A stretch of DNA of 64,000 nt from positions 38,224 to 102,223 of the IMG/VR virus record IMGVR_UViG_3300032291_003205; one strand, written 5' to 3'. The notes under the pieces were generated by a model that ran no database searches, was not told where the DNA came from, and was given only the letters and a program-made list of their open reading frames with translations. This document shows, piece after piece, positions 27,782 to 34,156 of the stretch; the first letter of the stretch is position 1, and each line of letters begins with the position of its first letter. Both the position numbers and the translations under genes were made by a program. This stretch comes from a virus.

Positions 27782-28275
27782 TACAATATATTACACCCGA
27801 GCAACTAAAGGACAATAAACAGTATATCCATATTACTCTCAAAAACAATAGTTTAGGTGGTACCAATTTTCAAGGTGCAACCCATTTTACCCGTATTCCT
27901 AGCTTTGAGGAATGGGATCAAGTTGAGTACTATCGTTTTATTGGTTCACACCTGGATAATGAATCCCCACGTAATCGTTTAGGTGGATATGTTTATATAC
28001 TTATTAATAGGGCTTATCCCAATAAATGTAAGATTGGTATGACTACCTCCTCTCCCGAAAAACGACTTCATCAAATAAATTCTGCTGGTGTGGTTAATGA
28101 TTGGGAGCTTGCCTATGCCTACAAGTGTGCTCGTCCCTATGATTTGGAACAAGCAATCCATGTTGTGTTGGATGATTTAAGGTTTAGGTCCGACCGTGAG
28201 TTTTTTGATATTGATTTGAATGATGCTATTGGGTTGATTATTGATATGGGAGATGAGTATAGTCCGTTGGATTGA
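27778..28275 (+). CDS. T5orf172 / GIY-YIG-like domain protein
   Basis: GYVYIL...KIGMT...RL...LEQAIH...REFF. Confidence 0.8.
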   Translation: MIQYITPEQLKDNKQYIHITLKNNSLGGTNFQGATHFTRIPSFEEWDQVEYYRFIGSHLDNESPRNRLGGYVYILINRAYPNKCKIGMTTSSPEKRLHQINSAGVVNDWELAYAYKCARPYDLEQAIHVVLDDLRFRSDREFFDIDLNDAIGLIIDMGDEYSPLD

Positions 28276-28329
28276 TGGGGGCGTATATACGGATATTTTG
28301 AGTGGTATTGGTCAAGCCATTTTTATCTG

Positions 28330-28347
28330 GAATCATTCTAGATGACA
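28330..28347. promoter_or_regulatory. Operator-like near-palindrome GAATCATTCTAGATGACA (copy 1)
   Basis: Identical 18-mer at 31088-31105 with the same offset to the promoter. Confidence 0.6.
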
Positions 28348-28364
28348 AAAGAAGAACCATCTTT

Positions 28365-28395
28365 TTGGCTCCCCGAGATCCCGTTCGTATATTCA
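28365..28395 (+). promoter_or_regulatory. Promoter TTG-N20-TATATTCA
   Basis: Repeated motif. Confidence 0.7.
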
Positions 28396-28425
28396 TGTCA
28401 TAGAGATAATTAGAAAATAAAGGTT

Positions 28426-29229
28426 ATGAAAAATGTAAATGTTGTAAAAAGAGGTCGTCCAAGTAAGAAAATTGAAAATGCTACTTACACTCCTTCACTT
28501 ATTGACTTTTCAAAAGTTACTAAACTGAGTGCTTTGGATATTGATCCTCGAATGATGAAAACCATGAAATCTGGTTTATCTATTGATGGTTTGTTTTCAC
28601 ATGAAGGTGGTATTCCTGCTGCAACTAATATTATGATGATTGGTGATCCTGGTGTTGGTAAAACTACTGTGTTGTTAGATGTAATGGCTTCTGTTCAAAA
28701 TAAAGGAGCTAAGTGTTTGTTTATTTCTGGTGAGATGGGAAAGAAGCAAATGTTTAAATATACTGAGCGTTTCAAACAGTTTGGTGTTATTGAAACTTTG
28801 TTTATGCAAGATTATCTTGAATACAATACTAAAGATGTTATCGAGCAAGTTTTGAATATTGGTTATGATTTAGTTTTGATTGATAGTGCTGCTGAAATTA
28901 TTGAGGCAGTACGTGATGATAATGGTTGGGATCGTAAGATGGCTGAATCTTGGTTGGTTGACAATTGTGTTAAAAACAATAAAGGTGAAAACATGAACAA
29001 CAAGTTTACCTCATTTTTATTAATTCAGCAAGTTACTAAAGCTGGTGTGTTTAGTGGTTCTAATAAATTGAAGCACTTGGTTGATGCTATGGGTGAGATG
29101 CGTCGTGAAGAGGATTCAACATACATCAATTTCACTAAAAACAGAAATGGTATTGTTGATAATAAAGTATTTTATCAGTTGTCAAACAGCTCAATCCGTT
29201 ACGGTTCTATGGAAGCCGTAGAGGCTTAA
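28426..29229 (+). CDS. RadA/Sms-like RecA-fold ATPase with N-terminal AT-hook
   Basis: GDPGVGKTT Walker A, ISGEM, VLIDS, QVTKAG.FSGSNKLKHLVDA, KNRNG; KRGRPSK. Confidence 0.8.
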   Translation: MKNVNVVKRGRPSKKIENATYTPSLIDFSKVTKLSALDIDPRMMKTMKSGLSIDGLFSHEGGIPAATNIMMIGDPGVGKTTVLLDVMASVQNKGAKCLFISGEMGKKQMFKYTERFKQFGVIETLFMQDYLEYNTKDVIEQVLNIGYDLVLIDSAAEIIEAVRDDNGWDRKMAESWLVDNCVKNNKGENMNNKFTSFLLIQQVTKAGVFSGSNKLKHLVDAMGEMRREEDSTYINFTKNRNGIVDNKVFYQLSNSSIRYGSMEAVEA

Positions 29230-29233
29230 AAAA

Positions 29234-29269
29234 AGGGGTTGGCTTTTCAACCCCTCTTTCGTATATTTA
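29234..29269 (+). terminator. Terminator hairpin fused with promoter TTG-N20-TATATTTA
   Basis: AGGGGTTG/CAACCCCT + CTTT; TTG at 29239, TATATTTA at 29262. Confidence 0.7.
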
Positions 29270-29292
29270 CATCATAATAAAAATAAAAGGTT

Positions 29293-29982
29293 ATGAAACA
29301 ATTTACAGACGAACAACACAAGTCCTTAGTTGCGGAAGCAAAAAAACAAAGTAGAAAATTAATTGACATTAATGATAAAGGTTATAATGCCTATAGATTA
29401 TGTCTTCATTTCACCACAAGTGACTATGCTAAAAATGCAATGCTTCAAAGTGTTATGAAATCTAGACCAGAATGGGAAGGGTTAAAACTAGAGGCTAGAA
29501 TTTGTAAAAATACCTGGTGGAGGGAGAAACTAATCTTTTTAGCACCTAAAGATGTTGATGTTACTTTAGATAATATTCTAGAACATTGTGATTTTATTAA
29601 TTTTTATAATCGTTCTATTCCTTTTCTTTTGGGTGAAAAACCTGTTCGCCGCCGAGAATATAAATCTTGGATAGAATATAATTTACTTTCTCCCCCTATT
29701 TTAGAAAAAATTGAAAGTGGTAAACTACCAGAAAATATTTTTAACTATTTTTTATCTCACCACCAACTGTCTGCCAACAATAAAATGTTACTTATGGTAG
29801 ATAGTTACCTAGAGGGTGATGCTTATAAATGGGAACAAAAAGCCCTTAATAAAGCATTAGGGCTGTTTAATCAAGATCCTAAAGAAGTAATAGATAGAAC
29901 TGTTAAATATAGTAAATTTCATGAAATCGACTTAATAACAGTTGAAGAGTTTGAAAGAAGATTTGAAGAAGCACTTGCATAA
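29293..29982 (+). CDS. Hypothetical protein
   Basis: 229 aa ORF. Confidence 0.65.
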   Translation: MKQFTDEQHKSLVAEAKKQSRKLIDINDKGYNAYRLCLHFTTSDYAKNAMLQSVMKSRPEWEGLKLEARICKNTWWREKLIFLAPKDVDVTLDNILEHCDFINFYNRSIPFLLGEKPVRRREYKSWIEYNLLSPPILEKIESGKLPENIFNYFLSHHQLSANNKMLLMVDSYLEGDAYKWEQKALNKALGLFNQDPKEVIDRTVKYSKFHEIDLITVEEFERRFEEALA

Positions 29983-29990
29983 AAAAAGAA

Positions 29991-30026
29991 AGGGGTTGGC
30001 TTTTTAACCCCTCTTTCGTATATTCA
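29991..30026 (+). terminator. Terminator hairpin fused with promoter TTG-N20-TATATTCA
   Basis: Near-identical to 29234-29269. Confidence 0.7.
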
Positions 30027-30045
30027 TGTCGCAGAAATAAAGGTT

Positions 30046-30528
30046 ATGAGAAAAATAATGTATTTACACGGTTTAGAGAGTTCCAACGTTTGTGATAAAG
30101 TTGATTTCTTACGTGAACAAAATGAGGTTTTAGCTCCTTCTATCGATTATAGTAAACCAAATATTGAAGAAGAGCTTATGTATATGGTTGAGTCATTTCA
30201 ACCTGATTTGATTATTGGTTCCTCAATGGGTGGGTATACTGGTATGTTGCTTGCTAATCATTATAATATACCATGTGTTGTTTTTAATCCCGCTCTTCAC
30301 TCACGTCCAATAGAACCTAATATGAGGTTGTTACAAGGTGAAAACCCCAAACATAGTTTTAATCCTGTAGTTATTTTAGGTCTTGAAGATACTGTTATTG
30401 ATCCATCTATTACTTGTGAGATGCTTGACTTTTCAGATTTTGAACCTGAGATTATCGAGGTACAAGATATGGGTCACCGAGTTCTGTTTTATGTGTTTGT
30501 TGATATGTATAACAAATACGTAAAATAA
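30046..30528 (+). CDS. Alpha/beta hydrolase (YqiA / UPF0227-like esterase)
   Basis: YLHGLES, IGSSMGGY, FNPAL, D...GHR. Confidence 0.85.
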   Translation: MRKIMYLHGLESSNVCDKVDFLREQNEVLAPSIDYSKPNIEEELMYMVESFQPDLIIGSSMGGYTGMLLANHYNIPCVVFNPALHSRPIEPNMRLLQGENPKHSFNPVVILGLEDTVIDPSITCEMLDFSDFEPEIIEVQDMGHRVLFYVFVDMYNKYVK

Positions 30529-31088
30529 TGTCTTTTAACTACAGAGCTTACTTAAAAAATAATATCCTATTACAAGAGGAATTTCCTAGAGATAAATGGG
30601 TTGACCTTAGTGATAAAGAAAAAGGAGAATATGCTGATGATATCTTTAACTTGATCAACACAGCATATGCGCCTATAGGCGGTAATGTAAATTATAAGAG
30701 CGCAGCAGACGTATTAGGTGCAGAAGCCGATGCTGATTATGAGGTAATTAATATAGACGATGATCCTGAACCAGATGCTTTAAGTGCTTATAAGAAACAG
30801 CCTGCTGGAAATAAATTAGCCGCTATTGGACACGATGGGTCTCCTGAAGCAAAATCTAAGATTATTAATCACTATGCTGATTTATTAAAGAAAAAGGGTT
30901 ATTACTTAGAGGTATCAGGTAAACTAAAAGATATTTTATTAGCTAAAGGAGCTCCTGTAGTTACAGATTCCGAAATAATTAAAAAAGTATTAAAAGGCAA
31001 AGAAGTAAAAATGAATGACGACGGAACTTACGAGCGTTATTTAGCTGGTGAATTGCGTACTAAAACATTGCTTGGAAATCCCATTTAG
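30528..31088 (+). CDS. Hypothetical protein, possible virion-internal protein
   Basis: N-terminal MSFNYRAYLKNNILLQEE leader; TATGTAT motif variant upstream. Confidence 0.6.
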   Translation: MSFNYRAYLKNNILLQEEFPRDKWVDLSDKEKGEYADDIFNLINTAYAPIGGNVNYKSAADVLGAEADADYEVINIDDDPEPDALSAYKKQPAGNKLAAIGHDGSPEAKSKIINHYADLLKKKGYYLEVSGKLKDILLAKGAPVVTDSEIIKKVLKGKEVKMNDDGTYERYLAGELRTKTLLGNPI

Positions 31089-31105
31089 AATCATTCTAGA
31101 TGACA
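31088..31105. promoter_or_regulatory. Operator-like near-palindrome GAATCATTCTAGATGACA (copy 2)
   Basis: Identical to 28330-28347. Confidence 0.6.
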
Positions 31106-31122
31106 TTGCCTCTGCAGTAAAT

Positions 31123-31153
31123 TTGTCTCCCGAGGATATCTTTCGTATATTCA
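31123..31153 (+). promoter_or_regulatory. Promoter TTG-N20-TATATTCA
   Basis: Repeated motif. Confidence 0.65.
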
Positions 31154-31184
31154 CGGCATAGAAAAAAGATAAAAAATAAAAGTT

Positions 31185-31985
31185 ATGCTAAACATTAATC
31201 AAGAGTTCATTTCAAAAAGTCAGATCCGCCAACAGGCCCCTTCAATCTTTACTGCTCAAGGAGCACCTGGAACTAGTGAAAAGTATGCTCACATTCCTAC
31301 CGACAAAATTATTGACGATATGTCAGCTTTGGGTTGGGGTGTTGTAGATGCTAAAGAAGTTAAAGCTCGTAAGGGTGTTGGTTTCCAAAAGCACTTAGTT
31401 GTTTTTCGTAACAACGATATTCAGATCACTGCCGAAGATGGTGATAACGTTTTTCCACAAATCCTATTGACAAACAGTCATGATGGTAAAAATGCTTTTA
31501 CTTTTACAGCTGGTTTGTTCCGTATGGTGTGTGAGAATGGTTTGGTTGTATCTTCTCGTGAATTTGAAAGTATGAAGATCCGTCACTACGGTTATTCATT
31601 TGATGAATTGCAAAACACTATTAAGTCAATTGTTGAAAAATTACCTTTAACCGTTGAGTCACTTAATAAATTCCGTTCTGTAGAGTTAGGTCAAGAACAA
31701 ATGCTTGATTTTGCTCAAAAAGCTCTTGCAACTCGTTTTACAGAAGAGGAAATCGAAAACATCCAAATTGATTTTGCTGATTTGCTAACACCAGTTCGTG
31801 AGGCAGATAGAGGAAATGATTTGTGGTCAGTATATAATGTGGTTCAAGAGAAATTGACACATGGTTTGTTTAACTACAAATACGGAGTTAAAACTCGTAA
31901 AGCTCGTAAAATTAAGAATTTCAGTCAAGACATGGTTTTGAACGAGAAATTGTATGATTTGGCTCTTGAATACGTTCCTGCATAA
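31185..31985 (+). CDS. DUF932 / DUF945 family protein
   Basis: APSIF, SEKYAHIPT, NSHDG...AGLFRMVCENGLV, DLWSVYNVVQEKL. Confidence 0.85.
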   Translation: MLNINQEFISKSQIRQQAPSIFTAQGAPGTSEKYAHIPTDKIIDDMSALGWGVVDAKEVKARKGVGFQKHLVVFRNNDIQITAEDGDNVFPQILLTNSHDGKNAFTFTAGLFRMVCENGLVVSSREFESMKIRHYGYSFDELQNTIKSIVEKLPLTVESLNKFRSVELGQEQMLDFAQKALATRFTEEEIENIQIDFADLLTPVREADRGNDLWSVYNVVQEKLTHGLFNYKYGVKTRKARKIKNFSQDMVLNEKLYDLALEYVPA

Positions 31986-31996
31986 GGGGCGTATTT
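31969..31996 (+). terminator. Hairpin / putative terminator
   Basis: AATACGTTCCT / AGGGGCGTATT. Confidence 0.5.
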
Positions 31997-32035
31997 AAGC
32001 TTGGAAATGTAAAATAAAGATATTATATTAACACT

Positions 32036-32227
32036 ATGAACGAATTGGAAGAACAAGCAAGACAAGAGGCAGTTTTTAATGCCAAATGTGATGGAATTTT
32101 GTCTAAAGCAGATAAATCAGGATTACAATTAGAAGTTGTTTGGTCTGCTTTTAAACATAAAGAACAATTCCGTGATGCTTCGTTACTTGAATGCCTACAA
32201 GTAGGAGCCGATGAGTGGGATGTATAA
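32036..32227 (+). CDS. Hypothetical protein (predicted leaderless)
   Basis: Promoter 32001-32031, ATG 4 nt later. Confidence 0.6.
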   Translation: MNELEEQARQEAVFNAKCDGILSKADKSGLQLEVVWSAFKHKEQFRDASLLECLQVGADEWDV

Positions 32228-32232
32228 ATAAT

Positions 32233-32317
32233 GCTGTTGTGGTGGAATGGTAGACACGAAGGACTTAAAATCCTTTGGGACGTAAGTCTCGTGCCGGTTC
32301 GAGTCCGGCCAGCAGTA
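32233..32317 (+). tRNA. tRNA-Leu(TAA)
   Basis: Cloverleaf; AAGGA-CTTAAAA-TCCTT; long variable arm; GGTTCGAGTCC. Confidence 0.93.
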
Positions 32318-32348
32318 CAAAAAATAAAAAATATATATTTATAAACAC

Positions 32349-32540
32349 ATGAAAAAATTATTTATTATCGCCGCTTTAGTTACTTTGGCTTCTTGTTCAA
32401 ACGAAACTACCTCTACTTCTACAGACACAACTTGTGTTGATTCAACCTGTTGTGATTCTTTAAATACAGATTCTCTTATTCAAAGTACAGAAGCACATGC
32501 TGATTCTTTGCATACAGAAATCCAAGAGTTGAAGAAATAA
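32349..32540 (+). CDS. Small lipoprotein
   Basis: MKKLFIIAALVTLASC lipobox; Thr/Asp-rich. Confidence 0.75.
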   Translation: MKKLFIIAALVTLASCSNETTSTSTDTTCVDSTCCDSLNTDSLIQSTEAHADSLHTEIQELKK

Positions 32541-32547
32541 TCTTCTT

Positions 32548-32620
32548 GCCCCCTTAGCTCAGTTGGTAGAGCTTCTGATTTGTAATCAGATGGTCGGCGG
32601 TTCGAGTCCGTCAGGTGGCT
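32548..32620 (+). tRNA. tRNA-Thr(TGT)
   Basis: TCTGA-TTTGTAA-TCAGA; one C-U acceptor mismatch. Confidence 0.9.
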
Positions 32621-32624
32621 CAAA

Positions 32625-32720
32625 GGTGGTAGTTAGACGAAAATGAAATTCCTGCTGTGATGTTAACTTAATCAGCATATTCAGAAGTAGAAATGAGTAA
32701 TCGCAAATTACTCGCCACCA
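32625..32720 (+). ncRNA. Unknown structured RNA with tRNA-like ends
   Basis: GGTGGT/GCCACC closing stem; GAGTAAT-CGCAA-ATTACTC hairpin; ends ACCA. Confidence 0.5.
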
Positions 32721-32725
32721 TATAG

Positions 32726-32796
32726 GGCGGATTAGTGTAATGGTAACACATAAGGCTCATAACCTTAAATTGGCAGTTCGAGTCTGTCGTCCGCAA
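32726..32796 (+). tRNA. tRNA-Met(CAT), initiator-like
   Basis: TAAGG-CTCATAA-CCTTA; 1:72 mismatch. Confidence 0.85.
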
Positions 32797-32797
32797 C

Positions 32798-32924
32798 AAA
32801 AGAAAAGTAGTGAAGCTGTAATTGAGAGGTAGAGTGTTTTAAATACTGAAAAAGGGTTAATAGTAGGTAGGCGTCACTCATTGCACTCAATCAGAAACCC
32901 TGAAAGACCCGAAGCTTTTCTTTT
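32798..32924 (+). ncRNA. Unknown pseudoknotted RNA
   Basis: 11-bp closing stem, internal stems and AGGGTT/AACCCT pairing. Confidence 0.5.
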
Positions 32925-32930
32925 AAAAAA

Positions 32931-33014
32931 TCCGGTGTTCGTGAGGGGGAAGCAACAAGAACGAAAACACTCTCATTAAATATGTTGCATGTGTAAGTAA
33001 CGGAACCTTACACA
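32931..33014 (+). ncRNA. Pseudoknot + hairpin RNA (copy A)
   Basis: GTGAGGG/CTCTCAT, GCAACA/TGTTGC, TGTGTAAG/CTTACACA. Confidence 0.5.
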
Positions 33015-33018
33015 AATT

Positions 33019-33105
33019 GGAAGTGATCCGGATGGATGAGGAGCTGCTCTTGAAAAGCAGTAGTACGTGATGAGCGTATTGTGAGTTCGAGTCTCACCGC
33101 TTCCG
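33019..33105 (+). tRNA. tRNA-Ser(TGA), atypical D arm
   Basis: CTGCT-CTTGAAA-AGCAG; long variable arm; G discriminator. Confidence 0.88.
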
Positions 33106-33116
33106 CAAACCTTAAA

Positions 33117-33213
33117 ACCGATTCGGGTTCGTGAACAAGGGAGGCCTGTTCTTCTCGTGCAAGAAAGAAATCACGTTAAATCTCCCCACGCTAGGTGGCA
33201 GCGGTGACCTAGC
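33117..33213 (+). ncRNA. Pseudoknot + hairpin RNA (copy B)
   Basis: CGTGA/TCACG, GGGAG/CTCCC, GCTAGGT/ACCTAGC. Confidence 0.5.
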
Positions 33214-33218
33214 ATTAT

Positions 33219-33289
33219 TACCTCCTCGTCTAATGGCAGGACAAGTGGTTTTGGTCCACTTAATCGAGGTTCGAATCCTTGGGAGGTAA
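33219..33289 (+). tRNA. tRNA-Gln(TTG)
   Basis: AGTGG-TTTTGGT-CCACT; acceptor TACCTCC/GGAGGTA. Confidence 0.9.
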
Positions 33290-33301
33290 CTAAAATTTAA
33301 T

Positions 33302-33332
33302 TTGGAATTATAAAATAAAAATATTATATTGA
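33302..33332 (+). promoter_or_regulatory. Promoter TTG-N20-TATATTGA (ATG 4 nt downstream)
   Basis: Repeated motif. Confidence 0.65.
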
Positions 33333-33336
33333 TACT

Positions 33337-33771
33337 ATGAATTTGACAAAAGCACTTAAGCACAAGAAAAAGCTTGTAAAACAAGCTGATGAATTTTATT
33401 CTCGTTTTTCTAATTACAATTCTTTTGAAGTTGGAACAACCCCATCTTATAACCCAGAAGAAATGTTTGAAGGATGGTTGAAAAAAACTGATGAGTTAGT
33501 TAGTTTAAAAGCAAAAATTCATCAAGCAAATGTACCCATTGCTGAAAAGATTTTTCGATTAGGGGAAATTAAAAATATAATTTCTCGTATGCGTGGACTT
33601 GACACTAAAGAAGGAAAAGTTCGTGATCGTTATTCAGTTAATGATAATGCTATTGAATATACATCATATGTAAATTTAGTTAGTAAAGATCTTCAAATTA
33701 AAAATTATGAAGAGGAATTAGAAAAACTTCAAGAAGAAATTGAGGCATTTAATGCTATCACAAAGATATAA
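33337..33771 (+). CDS. Coiled-coil protein, DIP1984 / DUF6847-like
   Basis: MNLTKAL...LKAKIHQAN...LQEEIEAFNAITKI matches the family pattern as recalled. Confidence 0.6.
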   Translation: MNLTKALKHKKKLVKQADEFYSRFSNYNSFEVGTTPSYNPEEMFEGWLKKTDELVSLKAKIHQANVPIAEKIFRLGEIKNIISRMRGLDTKEGKVRDRYSVNDNAIEYTSYVNLVSKDLQIKNYEEELEKLQEEIEAFNAITKI

Positions 33772-33958
33772 CCAATTTAAAGAGTAAAGGTGAATTAGTA
33801 GTGCTTAATTCTTCGGAATTATCAACCCTACAGATAAACATGATGCTTTGATACTGATATTGACGAATGCCTTAAGATTCAAAATTTAAAATTCAATATT
33901 AGGAAAACTCAAATCTCAAATCTTTTCAACGAAAATTTAACTTTACTCTACTTTGGTT
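33770..33958 (+). ncRNA. Unknown ncRNA with cUUCGg hairpin and periodic repeats
   Basis: Long closing stem; TAATTC-TTCG-GAATTA; TGAY and TCAA repeat tracts. Confidence 0.65.
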
Positions 33959-33963
33959 TGTTT

Positions 33964-34038
33964 GCTCGGTTCATCTATCGGTTAGGATGCCAGGTTTTCA
34001 TCCTGGAAAGAGGGGTTCGACTCCCCTACCGAGTACCA
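33964..34038 (+). tRNA. tRNA-Glu(TTC)
   Basis: CCAGG-TTTTCAT-CCTGG; encoded CCA. Confidence 0.93.
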
Positions 34039-34040
34039 TT

Positions 34041-34114
34041 GGACCCTTAGCTCAGATGGTCAGAGCGTCAGACTCATAATCTGGGGGTCGTAGGTTCAAA
34101 CCCTACAGGGTCCA
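34041..34114 (+). tRNA. tRNA-CAT (Ile2 or elongator Met)
   Basis: TCAGA-CTCATAA-TCTGG; acceptor GGACCCT/AGGGTCC. Confidence 0.9.
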
Positions 34115-34156
34115 CAAAATCGTTTTTATATTTTTTTCATATTTATAATTGTTCAT

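Noticed and set aside
32931-33014. tmRNA fragment (short frame ATRTKTLSLNMLHV*)
   Set aside because: No tmRNA tRNA-like ends and no Ala-rich tag
33019-33105. Selenocysteine or suppressor tRNA / stop-codon recoding
   Set aside because: Anticodon TGA reads UCA (Ser); acceptor stem is 7 bp; genes are intact in the standard code and TAA, TAG and TGA all act as stops
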